IMG/VR virus record: IMGVR_UViG_3300013121_000025
Location: 64,001-128,000 of that record
DNA from: a virus
Taxonomy: Duplodnaviria > Caudoviricetes
Direction: 5' to 3' (one strand)
Length of the DNA stretch: 64,000 nt
This document shows, in pieces, positions 33,401 to 42,849 of this stretch (the first letter of the stretch is position 1; each line of letters starts with the position of its first letter). The position numbers and the translations under genes are program-made. Under the pieces are notes generated by a model, which worked only from the letters and a program-made list of their open reading frames with translations, did not search any database and had not been told where the DNA came from.

Positions 33401-33884
33401 CACTACCCCATCCATGATACATTGAATCTACGCATGTAGAATCTGAATCCGAATGTGCATGATCTATTTGGAATGTAAAAGATGGATTCAGACCATTTTC
33501 AATAAGAAGAGTGTCACGAATATCACGTTGTCTCTTTTCAGCGTTAAGATATTGAGAAAAACTATGTTTAATACATTGTGTATAGAAAGCGAAAGGATTA
33601 TTACTTTTTTCAGGATCGAATGCTTTCCACGTACGACACAACATCATCATAGCGTATGCTTGCATATCAGTATTATATGTATAATTTACATAATTACCTT
33701 TGTTAGCATATCTATAACATAAAAGTTGCAACATTTTTGCAAGTTCGTTGGTCATTTTATTCTGTTCTTTGCTTAATTTGATTTGGGTCATCAAATCTTT
33801 GTTGTTTAGGTAGTTTTTCTTCTTTGCTGGTTTTGGTTGATTGATATCAAACTCTACTTCTTCTAAATTATTGTTATCTGTCAT
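33393..33884 (-). CDS. gp55: Late-transcription sigma factor
   Basis: NYLNNKDL...YTYNTDM...FDPEKSNNPFAFYTQCIKHSF..YLNAEKRQ. Confidence 0.92.
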   Translation of the reverse strand: MTDNNNLEEVEFDINQPKPAKKKNYLNNKDLMTQIKLSKEQNKMTNELAKMLQLLCYRYANKGNYVNYTYNTDMQAYAMMMLCRTWKAFDPEKSNNPFAFYTQCIKHSFSQYLNAEKRQRDIRDTLLIENGLNPSFTFQIDHAHSDSDSTCVDSMYHGWGSDD

Positions 33885-33926
33885 TTTTTAACTCTTTGAT
33901 ACCTTTAGGTATCACCTTCATTCATG

Positions 33927-33955
33927 ATTATATACGAAATTTTACTTAAGGTCAA
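33927..33955 (-). promoter_or_regulatory. sigma70 promoter for gp55-gp47-gp46 operon
   Basis: Minus strand TTGACC-ttaagtaaaatttcgta(17)-TATAAT. Confidence 0.8.
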
Positions 33956-33959
33956 CCTG

Positions 33960-33967
33960 GATAAATA
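33960..33967 (+). promoter_or_regulatory. Late promoter GATAAATA (baseplate operon)
   Basis: TAAATA core 24 nt upstream of ATG 33991, back-to-back with the gp55 promoter. Confidence 0.65.
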
Positions 33968-33990
33968 AAGAAAATAGGTTTTAAGTTATT

Positions 33991-34611
33991 ATGGCTGACG
34001 TATTGTCCAACATTACCATGAAAGTAAGTCTCCGTGAAATTGGAGCTACTTCTATGGATCGTATATTTACTTATAAGACTACTCCGACTATAAGTGAAGC
34101 CCAAACAGTCGAATATAAACAATTCAATCCTGTACACGCTCCAGGATCTATTAACACGTTCGTAAATTCACCTTCGAGAACCTTTTCGTTTGGTGATGTA
34201 AAGTTAATTTCAAGAACTCAACGAGAGGCCACGGAAACTCTTAAAAACATACGTTTATTGAGATCATGGACAAAGCCTGTATTTGGATTAGGGGTAACAC
34301 CAGATGCATTCAAGAATGATCCTAATTCATTTTCTAATGAAGACATATTAGGAGCACCACCACGTGTATTATTTTTAAGTGCTTACACAAATCATGGCGA
34401 TGTAAATGGAATTCTCAAAAATATTCCTGTTGTAGTTACTTCCTTAACATTCAATTATCCAAACGATGTGGATTATATGATTTTACAAGATGGATCAGCA
34501 GTGCCTGTGGTTATGAATGTTGAAATTTCTGTTACAGAAACTCACTCTCCGATTGAGTACACAAAATTTAGTTTAGCAAAATATCGTAACGGCGATATGG
34601 TGAGGTTCTAA
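33991..34611 (+). CDS. Tube-fold baseplate/tail-tube initiator protein
   Basis: TPTISEAQTVEY...F.NSPSRTF...GAPPRVLFLSAY...NIPVVVTSLTFNYPNDVDY...VPVVMNVEISVTETHSP. Confidence 0.7.
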   Translation: MADVLSNITMKVSLREIGATSMDRIFTYKTTPTISEAQTVEYKQFNPVHAPGSINTFVNSPSRTFSFGDVKLISRTQREATETLKNIRLLRSWTKPVFGLGVTPDAFKNDPNSFSNEDILGAPPRVLFLSAYTNHGDVNGILKNIPVVVTSLTFNYPNDVDYMILQDGSAVPVVMNVEISVTETHSPIEYTKFSLAKYRNGDMVRF

Positions 34612-34952
34612 TGACTGGTAAAAGTTCTGTAGACGATTTTAATAGTCGTTATGTACAAGGTGGATTAACAGATGTGTTCCCTAATCGTTTAGGGTGGTGG
34701 GAGAGAAGAACATTTGCATCACATCCTACTGATAAGGAGTTTGTGATACCAGCAGAGTATCATCAACGTCCTGACAAATTAGCTTACGATATATACGGTA
34801 GAACAGATTATTACTTCTTTTTACTCCAACGTAATAACATAATTGATATTTTTGATGAATTCGTAACAGGCAAAACTATCTTTTTACCAACCCCGACAAG
34901 AATGTCGTTGGAATTCATGAGTAAACAACCTGGCGGAAACAAGAGAACATAA
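34611..34952 (+). CDS. gp53: Baseplate wedge LysM-like protein (gp53-like)
   Basis: YHQRPDKLAYDIYG...FLLQRNNIID...GKTIFLP. Confidence 0.8.
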   Translation: MTGKSSVDDFNSRYVQGGLTDVFPNRLGWWERRTFASHPTDKEFVIPAEYHQRPDKLAYDIYGRTDYYFFLLQRNNIIDIFDEFVTGKTIFLPTPTRMSLEFMSKQPGGNKRT

Positions 34953-34958
34953 TATAAT

Positions 34959-37289
34959 ATGTCAACCCCTGAAAATCCACTTAATTTTTACAGATCATAT
35001 GCATATCAGCATATTTTGTTTGCAGCTAATAGTACTTCTGCATTGAAACAATTAGTTAATGATAATAACTTTGATGTTGCTTCAACATATAACCAAAAGT
35101 CACCACGTAAGCTGAATGACATAAAGGCTAATGTACGTACAGTGACAGGTACACGGGGTGAGAAAAATGTTACCCTAGGACAATATGTGGTAATGTTAAA
35201 TTCCACTCAAGATGTAGATTTCTTTATTGAAGATTTGTCATGGAGTTCAATTATGATTCCGACCACTAACACTGGTTTAAGTCAAAGAAGTGTTGGTACC
35301 GAAGGAGTAATGACTATTATTGAACCCAATGGTGCAAGATTTTATAATTATTTGAATAATGTGTTTAATGCTTTAGATTGTGATCCAGCGGGCATTGTGT
35401 TCGCAATAAAAACGATTTTCATTGGATATCCTACAGAAGGCCATCCTGATATTAATTCAAATATACCTCATGCGATTACTACTATTAGACCATTTTTATT
35501 TTCAATTTATGATATCACAAGCAAATACGATGAAACAGGTGGTACATATACTATATCATTTTTAGGTAATGCAAACGGAACTGCTAACATCAGTGCATTT
35601 TCAACTATTCCGCCAGGAACTAATGGAGCATTAATAGGATATAACCCTGGTGAAAATAATTCATCAGGTAAAACCTTAGAAGAAGTGCTTGATACTTTTC
35701 AAAAATTTATGAATAAGAAGTCAATAGAAGCAGCTCGTGAATATCGTGATTATATTACTAAAAAAACACCAAGAGAAGTTGACGATAAACGTTATAAAAA
35801 TCGACCTGTAACATATAGAATTATTTTAGATGACGAATATAAAAACGACACATATGTGGTTGATAATTTACCAGAATATCTTACTGACGCAACTCCAGAT
35901 CAAGGGTCAGTCGTATTTTCACCAGACGAAAGTATTCAACATGCTATTGAAACTATTATGATGATGTGTTCGAAAGTAAATGATGAGGCATCAACTGGAG
36001 TTACTAATGATTTAGGGTTAGTAGATCATTATGATTTCAAAATATTAACAGTCGTTGATTCTGCTGTCAACGAATTATCGCTAGATGAAATGTTACAATT
36101 AACAAATGAAAATACAGCTTTACCTGATGGACAATTACCTCCAGGTTTATTCGAAATTATATTCTATATTAAACGTCAACGTGTAGCAAAACACGGGCCG
36201 CAAGATATATCAAAATTAGATCAAGCTACATTACAAGCAAATACTATTGAATTTGATTATTTGTATACAGGAAAGAATATTGATATTGTTGAATTTGATA
36301 TGACTTTGAATATGGGATTTTTAATGTACATGTCATTACATCCTTATTCAACATTTAATACTCAATCTGAACAATTAAAGAAAAAAAGTAACATTGATGA
36401 ACCAGTTGTAATTAACGGAACACAAGGTCATCAGACTTTAAGAGGTCAATCCCCTATTCCTGTCGCGAAGCCAGGAACAGACGCGGTTACTATGAGTAAT
36501 TTACCAAACGGTTTAAAATATGGTAGTGCAAGAGCATTATTAAACAAAATTGCAACATTATCTGCAATTGATTGTAAGATAAAAATTCGTGGTAATCCAG
36601 ACTTGTTAAATGATTATTCAATTGACCCTTTTGAAAATGTTAATGTGGGCAAGGTCCACAATAATATCTATAAGCAACCAGGGCTGGTTAAAGTTAATAT
36701 AAGAATGCCTGTTGATGATGAGAAGGAAGATCCAACAGACATGTTAATGAATGCTCGTCCTATTACTGAACCTTTTTGGTTTGAGGGTAGATATATTATT
36801 TTTGAAATTCTCCATGAATTTAAAGGTGGAGAATTTACACAAGAATTGAGTTTGATAGCATTAGTCGAAGACGATCCGTTTAAAGAGGCATTAGGAATTA
36901 CTGAGAAACCAGTACCTACCACAAGTCTTACTCCTTATACTGATGTTTATTTTATTCAGAAACGACAAGTTGATTTTGAAATCGAACAAGCTGAACGTAC
37001 AGCAGAAGATAAATTAACAGATGATCAAGTTGCCCTTCTTGCAGCTAAACCAGTATCATTAGAAGAAGTACGTAGAACCACAGAAGGATTTGATAAATTA
37101 AGTAAACAACAACAAATAGATAAAGTAGTAGAAAGAAATAAAGCATATAATAACGAAATCGTAAACCGAATGAAAGCAACAGGAATTCAAGGCGAATATA
37201 ATGATATAATGAAAAAAGTTAATAGTGATCGAGTCGAACAACAACAATCTATTGAACAAGATAGAATTAAACAAGGATTATCGAAATAA
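34959..37289 (+). CDS. Baseplate hub protein (gp27-like)
   Basis: NPL..YRSYAY start, EPNGARF, FDYLYTGKNIDIVEFD, IKIRGNPDL, FEGRYIIFEILHEFKGGEFTQEL; between gp53 and gp5. Confidence 0.65.
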   Translation: MSTPENPLNFYRSYAYQHILFAANSTSALKQLVNDNNFDVASTYNQKSPRKLNDIKANVRTVTGTRGEKNVTLGQYVVMLNSTQDVDFFIEDLSWSSIMIPTTNTGLSQRSVGTEGVMTIIEPNGARFYNYLNNVFNALDCDPAGIVFAIKTIFIGYPTEGHPDINSNIPHAITTIRPFLFSIYDITSKYDETGGTYTISFLGNANGTANISAFSTIPPGTNGALIGYNPGENNSSGKTLEEVLDTFQKFMNKKSIEAAREYRDYITKKTPREVDDKRYKNRPVTYRIILDDEYKNDTYVVDNLPEYLTDATPDQGSVVFSPDESIQHAIETIMMMCSKVNDEASTGVTNDLGLVDHYDFKILTVVDSAVNELSLDEMLQLTNENTALPDGQLPPGLFEIIFYIKRQRVAKHGPQDISKLDQATLQANTIEFDYLYTGKNIDIVEFDMTLNMGFLMYMSLHPYSTFNTQSEQLKKKSNIDEPVVINGTQGHQTLRGQSPIPVAKPGTDAVTMSNLPNGLKYGSARALLNKIATLSAIDCKIKIRGNPDLLNDYSIDPFENVNVGKVHNNIYKQPGLVKVNIRMPVDDEKEDPTDMLMNARPITEPFWFEGRYIIFEILHEFKGGEFTQELSLIALVEDDPFKEALGITEKPVPTTSLTPYTDVYFIQKRQVDFEIEQAERTAEDKLTDDQVALLAAKPVSLEEVRRTTEGFDKLSKQQQIDKVVERNKAYNNEIVNRMKATGIQGEYNDIMKKVNSDRVEQQQSIEQDRIKQGLSK

Positions 37290-38845
37290 TGTTTGGCATA
37301 CATAATGAAATACATAGACAGAAAGCATCCTCAACTTCCCTCTTTGCGTTAACAAGAGGGATTGTTGTTGATACTGATGATCCTCAACAGAAAGGACGTC
37401 TTCGTATATGCTGCCCTCGTCTAGGTGATGATCCTAAATCTCTTACCACGCAAGATGGATATCCAATTCCGTGGGCAACTTACGTATCACCATTTGCTGG
37501 TATGTCTGATGATATTGTAAGAGGTCCTAACTCTATACCATCAGATGGTCCTGTTGAATATGGATTATGGGCCGTTCCTACTGTAGGAGCAGTTGCGATC
37601 GTTGCATTAATAGATGGATATGTTGGTTCAAGAGTATGGATTGGATGTGAACATGGAGATAAATTATCCCACACCTTACCTCATGGACGTTATTTTAGAA
37701 GTGAAGATGGTGTCACGGGTCCTTATACTTCAACAGAACAACCTATTAATCCATTATCTGAATCTATTAAACGAGCGTTTGGTGATCAATATGAATACAT
37801 AACTCGTGGTGCAGATTATACAGTATCTGCATTGCCTGAAGGATTTATGGATAGAGTTATTAGTGAGCGTGTTGACGATAAAGACGCTGCTATTCGTTTA
37901 CCGAACGGCACTATTATTGATTACAATCAAGGGTATGGTCATCCACGAAGAGCAAATAACAAAAAAGACAGTCAAACAGTATCATTAACAACTCCTGGTT
38001 TTCACTCATTATCAATGGATGATCGAGCTGAAAATTGTCGTATAAGAATTAGAACAACGTCAGGACATCAAATTTTATTAGATGATACTAATGAACGCAT
38101 ATTAATCAATACTGCTGGTGGAAAATCATTTATTGAGATGGATTCAAATGGTAATATTGATATTCATGCAGAACGTCAATTATCATTTCACAGTAATAAA
38201 GATATGTCTTTTACTACTGATGGTAAAATGAGATTTAGATCACAAAAAGGTATGCATTTTATATCAGCAAATGATGATATTCGTTTTAATACATCAGAAG
38301 ATGTTCATTTCATTTCTAAAAATATGAGAACATCATTATCAGAATCTATGTATGTTAGCACAAATAAAGAAATCAATTTTAAGAGCAATGAGAATATTAA
38401 TGTCCAATCAGGATCATCAATTAATATAAAATCTACTGAGAATACAAATATACAAGCATCTTCTACATTAAATGCAAAAGGTGGTATATTAAATCTTCAA
38501 TCAAACGAAGTAACAAATGTAGTAAGTGGTGGATTAATATTACAAACTGCTCCTATTATTCACTTAAATGGACCGACAGCTGCACCAGCTGATTCTGCAG
38601 ACTCTGCTAGTGACGCTGATTCTAAATTTGCGTATTCAACAATAAGAGTACCATTTAGAAAGAATGGTAACGGTCAGCCGTGGTCACATGGTATGTTAAA
38701 TTTAAGTGTTACTGATAAGGATACATCAAATAACATGATTGATTATTATGTATATGACAATTTCGAATTTTCGTATGAAGACAGTAGAGTTGGTAAGTAT
38801 GAACACGGTGAATTAATTATCCGTGGAGGCAATTGGCGTAGATGA
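37289..38845 (+). CDS. gp5: Baseplate central spike (gp5/VgrG-like OB fold + beta-helix, no lysozyme)
   Basis: GIVVDTDDPQQKGRLRICCP, WATYVSPF, YGLWAVPTVG, RIRTTSGHQILLDDTNERI, repetitive beta-helix, IHLNGP. Confidence 0.85.
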   Translation: MFGIHNEIHRQKASSTSLFALTRGIVVDTDDPQQKGRLRICCPRLGDDPKSLTTQDGYPIPWATYVSPFAGMSDDIVRGPNSIPSDGPVEYGLWAVPTVGAVAIVALIDGYVGSRVWIGCEHGDKLSHTLPHGRYFRSEDGVTGPYTSTEQPINPLSESIKRAFGDQYEYITRGADYTVSALPEGFMDRVISERVDDKDAAIRLPNGTIIDYNQGYGHPRRANNKKDSQTVSLTTPGFHSLSMDDRAENCRIRIRTTSGHQILLDDTNERILINTAGGKSFIEMDSNGNIDIHAERQLSFHSNKDMSFTTDGKMRFRSQKGMHFISANDDIRFNTSEDVHFISKNMRTSLSESMYVSTNKEINFKSNENINVQSGSSINIKSTENTNIQASSTLNAKGGILNLQSNEVTNVVSGGLILQTAPIIHLNGPTAAPADSADSASDADSKFAYSTIRVPFRKNGNGQPWSHGMLNLSVTDKDTSNNMIDYYVYDNFEFSYEDSRVGKYEHGELIIRGGNWRR

Positions 38846-38882
38846 TACGTTTTAATAAATATTGGATATATGAGAAACATCA

Positions 38883-39251
38883 ATGGCACGTTATAAAGGT
38901 TATTCTTCATCAAATTACGAAACAAATGGCACATTCTTATTAACTGATGTGCAACTTGTTAAAACAGATTTATTAAATCATTTGTTTACACGTCGTGGTG
39001 AACGTGTAAGGATGCCTGGATTTGGTACAACTATACCTGATTTGGTATTTGAAATGTTGGATGAGACCTTAATTGATGTTTTGTATGAACAAATTACTAA
39101 CGTGGTCAATTACGATCCACGAATTTCGATGGTATCATTGAATATCACTCCAGATTTTGATACTAATTCTGTTGCTGTAGCATTAGTTGTTAGGTATGTG
39201 GAATTGAACACAACAGAAGTAATAAATTTTAATATTGAGTTCACAGGTTAA
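38883..39251 (+). CDS. gp25: Baseplate wedge/sheath initiator (gp25-like)
   Basis: LVKTDLLNHLFTRRGERVRMPGFGTTIPDLVFE...YDPRI; AATAAATA at 38854-38861. Confidence 0.92.
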   Translation: MARYKGYSSSNYETNGTFLLTDVQLVKTDLLNHLFTRRGERVRMPGFGTTIPDLVFEMLDETLIDVLYEQITNVVNYDPRISMVSLNITPDFDTNSVAVALVVRYVELNTTEVINFNIEFTG

Positions 39252-39262
39252 GAGGAAAGCAA

Positions 39263-42200
39263 ATGACAAGACAGATAGCAAGAGCAGAAAGTTGGCAACG
39301 TGTATACGAAGCTTTCCAAGACATTAATTTTGCTGGATTTGATTATTATACTATCAAATCTGGTATGCTTGATTATTTAAAACTACACTTTCCTGAATCA
39401 TTTAATGATTACATTGAATCGAGTGAGTTAATATCAATCATTGAAATGTTCGCATATGTGTGCGAAGTGTTAGCATATCGTTTTGATATGAATGCTCACG
39501 AGAACATTCTTTCTTTAGCAGAGAGAAAGAAAGGTGTATTGCGTCTTGCTAAGTTACTCTCATATACAGCATCCAGAAACATCCCGCTTCGTGGATTAGT
39601 TAAAATAACTTCAATTTCTACTACAGAAACGTTATATGATTCACGTGGTATTAATTTAGCTAATAAGAAGATCTCATGGAATGATACTAATAATATTAAC
39701 TGGAAAGAACAATTTATTCTTGTAATGAATAAAATCTTACAGCAACAATTTGGTACAGTTTATCCATCTGATAGAGTGCAAGTTGATGACATTTTGTTTG
39801 AATTATACAAACTAAACAATAATCCTCTTTCGAGCGGCGTACTAACATATAATGTTACGGCTAATAGTAAATCAGTACCGATGGAATTGGTGCCTGTCTC
39901 ATTAACAGAGTCAGGTCCTATCGAACGTAGACCAGAGCGTTCGAGTAATTTTAGTGTATTATATGCATCAGATGGAATTGGCGACTCGTCAGACTTTACT
40001 GGTTTCTTTATGTATACCAAACAAGGTTCCTTACAGCGTATTACCACAACCTTCGACGGAATTACGCCAAATCAAGTTTATAATATAGATGTTTCTAACA
40101 TTAACGATATTGATGTATGGGTTAATAATGTAAACAGCGAATCTGGTGCAGTATTAAAAGAGCGTGTTGTAGATTTATTAGGTCGTGATCTTGGTTATTT
40201 TGGTGAATGGGAGCAAGTTGATACTTCTAATTCAAAAAACATTTTATTCAATAATAATCCTAAGCGTAATAAATTTGAAATCGAAACATTAGAAGACGAT
40301 AAGGTTAAGTTAATCTTTGGTGACGGGGAATTTGCTGACATTCCTCAAGGAACATTCGACATATGGTTCAGAACATCTTTAAACGAAGAAATTGTCGTTC
40401 CGAAATCAGAAATCGTAAACAAAACTGCTACACTTAAGTACCAAAGTGAATTAAATGTACCACAGACACTTACTATTACATTTAGTGCTGTCAATGCATT
40501 AGCAAATAATGCTCCGTCTGAATCTGTTGAATCAATTAAACGTTTAGCATCTACAGTATATTATACACAAGATCGTATGGTAAATGGAGTAGATTATAAT
40601 TCGTATATTTTACAAGATCCTTCTGTGTTAAAAGTCAAAACTGTTAACAGAACGTTCGTTGGAGATTCAAAATATATTAAGTGGCACGATCCATCAGGAT
40701 CATATGAAAATGTAAAAGTTTTTGGTGATGATTTAAGAGTATTTTATATTGATGATACTGTTCAAGTATCAATACCAGCCTTTACACCACGCGAAGAAGT
40801 TGTTAATAATTACATTCAATCTAAATTAGGCGAATCTGGTGTACAATTGTTTCATATTACTAATAACATTCCGACAAACAGAACAACATTTACTGCTAGT
40901 GAGTTAACACAAATTAATAATACTGTACAGCAAGCGATCGATACAAATGCAGGATTTCCAGTATTAGTAGCATTTATTAAAACTGATACTAAAGGTTATT
41001 CTGGAATTAGATTTAATCCTATACCTGAATTTGCCAATGAGGACAGTTTAGATAATGGATTAGTAACATATTTAGAATCTAATGATATTGCATGCTCTAT
41101 AACGATCGACGGTATTGAATACAATTTTGATATTACAACAACAGATTTTAATAGTACTGATCTCCCAACATTATTACGTATTCGTGACGTGTTACAAGAA
41201 AAAATAACAACTGCAATTCTTTCTACAGACAATGTGGAAATAATTGATAAAACGATTTTCATAAAGAGTACAACAACTGGAAGCACTTCTAGTATTGTTT
41301 TAAACTTACCATTTTTACAACTTCTTACTAACGATCCTGAAGTAACTACTTCTGTTAATGGGGTTAACTCAGGAACTTGGATAGCGTACTCTACTGATGT
41401 TGAGTTATTAACTCCTTATACTTTTAGTATCGCATACACTTCGCCAAATTGGGATGTAACAAGTAGTGAAATTTCAATGCAGTGTGAAAGTCCAACTACA
41501 AAGTTTTGGAATACTAATAAGACTACAACAGTGAGTGAATTCACCTACGATGTCGAACGTGATAAGATTGTGTTACTTAAGGCAAACTATGATAAAACAG
41601 GAGAAGCATTACTTTCTTCATACATTGAATTAGATGTTGTGGGAATGGTAAATGAAACAGATACTGAAAATATCGGATTGCCTAATATTAATCGTTTACA
41701 AGTAATATCACAAGATTTAAATAATGATTTAATTCCTGATGATCCGTATTTGTATAATGAATTATTGAATAAAACCATTTATACTCATACTGTTGCAAGT
41801 ACCCCAGCTGTTGTGTATGGTCCAGTTATGATAGGGGATGAAGTATTTGAATGGAAAGCAGGATACGATAATGTTGAAGTGTATTTAAATGATACTAAAC
41901 TTAATGCTACTCAGTTTATCGAATGTGACGAAAACGGTGATCCTGTTAATAATGGTGATCTTGTATCGTATGTTAAGATTCCTGATGCAGTATTCGAGGA
42001 TAACATTGAATTGAAAAAAATCGATTATTTGTTCTTCAAACGTGATAACGTAAATTCCCCTTATGTATATTATTGTGCTGACAACGAGATTTCTTCTGAT
42101 GAAGAAGATACTTGGTTTACTACACACGAAGATGATGAAGCACTAATACAACGTTATCGTGGTCGTAATGGATTAAACTTTGCGTGGTACTATATTGCTC

Positions 42201-42784
42201 CTAATTATACTCTCGTTGATCCTGCTCCAACGAATATTCATGATATGTTTATTCTTACAAGAGGATACTACCAACAATATAAACAATGGTTATCAGGGGC
42301 AATCTCAGAACCAACTAAACCATCAACATATGAGTTGCGCACATCTTATTCAACATTACTTAAAAGTAAGATGTTCTCTGATACTGTAATTCCGTATAGT
42401 GGTAATGTGAAATTAATTATCGGATCTAAAGCGATACCAGAGTTACAATCAAAGATTCGCATTGTTAAATCACCAACGTCTAGATTAACTGATAATGAAA
42501 TTAAAACGCAAGTGGTTAGTCACGTCAAAGATTTCTTTGATGTTAACTACTGGGAATTTGGTGAGACTTTCAGTTTCACAGAATTGTCAGCTTTGATTCA
42601 TTCTAGAATGTCAAGTGATATTAAGACTATTGTAATTGTGCCATTATATTCAACTACTGTATTTGGCGACTTGTATGAGATTAATGCTCGTGAAAATGAG
42701 ATTATACAGCCTGATATATCTGTAACAGATATAGAGATCGTTGAATCCCTTAATGCTCGCACATTGAAACAATATCCGTACTAA
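39263..42784 (+). CDS. gp6: Baseplate wedge protein (gp6-like), enlarged
   Basis: DYYTIKSGMLDYL...FNDYIESSE...LAERKKGVLRLAKLLSY; LIFGDG; ESVESIK...YYTQDRMVNGVDY. Confidence 0.9.
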   Translation: MTRQIARAESWQRVYEAFQDINFAGFDYYTIKSGMLDYLKLHFPESFNDYIESSELISIIEMFAYVCEVLAYRFDMNAHENILSLAERKKGVLRLAKLLSYTASRNIPLRGLVKITSISTTETLYDSRGINLANKKISWNDTNNINWKEQFILVMNKILQQQFGTVYPSDRVQVDDILFELYKLNNNPLSSGVLTYNVTANSKSVPMELVPVSLTESGPIERRPERSSNFSVLYASDGIGDSSDFTGFFMYTKQGSLQRITTTFDGITPNQVYNIDVSNINDIDVWVNNVNSESGAVLKERVVDLLGRDLGYFGEWEQVDTSNSKNILFNNNPKRNKFEIETLEDDKVKLIFGDGEFADIPQGTFDIWFRTSLNEEIVVPKSEIVNKTATLKYQSELNVPQTLTITFSAVNALANNAPSESVESIKRLASTVYYTQDRMVNGVDYNSYILQDPSVLKVKTVNRTFVGDSKYIKWHDPSGSYENVKVFGDDLRVFYIDDTVQVSIPAFTPREEVVNNYIQSKLGESGVQLFHITNNIPTNRTTFTASELTQINNTVQQAIDTNAGFPVLVAFIKTDTKGYSGIRFNPIPEFANEDSLDNGLVTYLESNDIACSITIDGIEYNFDITTTDFNSTDLPTLLRIRDVLQEKITTAILSTDNVEIIDKTIFIKSTTTGSTSSIVLNLPFLQLLTNDPEVTTSVNGVNSGTWIAYSTDVELLTPYTFSIAYTSPNWDVTSSEISMQCESPTTKFWNTNKTTTVSEFTYDVERDKIVLLKANYDKTGEALLSSYIELDVVGMVNETDTENIGLPNINRLQVISQDLNNDLIPDDPYLYNELLNKTIYTHTVASTPAVVYGPVMIGDEVFEWKAGYDNVEVYLNDTKLNATQFIECDENGDPVNNGDLVSYVKIPDAVFEDNIELKKIDYLFFKRDNVNSPYVYYCADNEISSDEEDTWFTTHEDDEALIQRYRGRNGLNFAWYYIAPNYTLVDPAPTNIHDMFILTRGYYQQYKQWLSGAISEPTKPSTYELRTSYSTLLKSKMFSDTVIPYSGNVKLIIGSKAIPELQSKIRIVKSPTSRLTDNEIKTQVVSHVKDFFDVNYWEFGETFSFTELSALIHSRMSSDIKTIVIVPLYSTTVFGDLYEINARENEIIQPDISVTDIEIVESLNARTLKQYPY

Positions 42785-42787
42785 GAA

Positions 42788-42824
42788 ATAGGGAGTTTTT
42801 AACAGAACTCCCTATCCATAAATA
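42788..42824 (+). promoter_or_regulatory. Hairpin followed by late promoter CATAAATA
   Basis: ATAGGGAGTT...AACTCCCTAT 10-bp inverted repeat (42788-42815) then CATAAATA (42817-42824). Confidence 0.6.
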
Positions 42825-42849
42825 CATCAAATAATTTAATTGGATAGTT

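Noticed and set aside
37289-38845. T4-type lysozyme domain in gp5
   Set aside because: No lysozyme catalytic motif or room for the domain between the OB fold and beta-helix
33991-42784. Bacterial eCIS or T6SS locus (tube, LysM, VgrG, gp25, gp6)
   Set aside because: Capsid, portal, prohead protease, TerS and gp55 in the same window show a genuine phage
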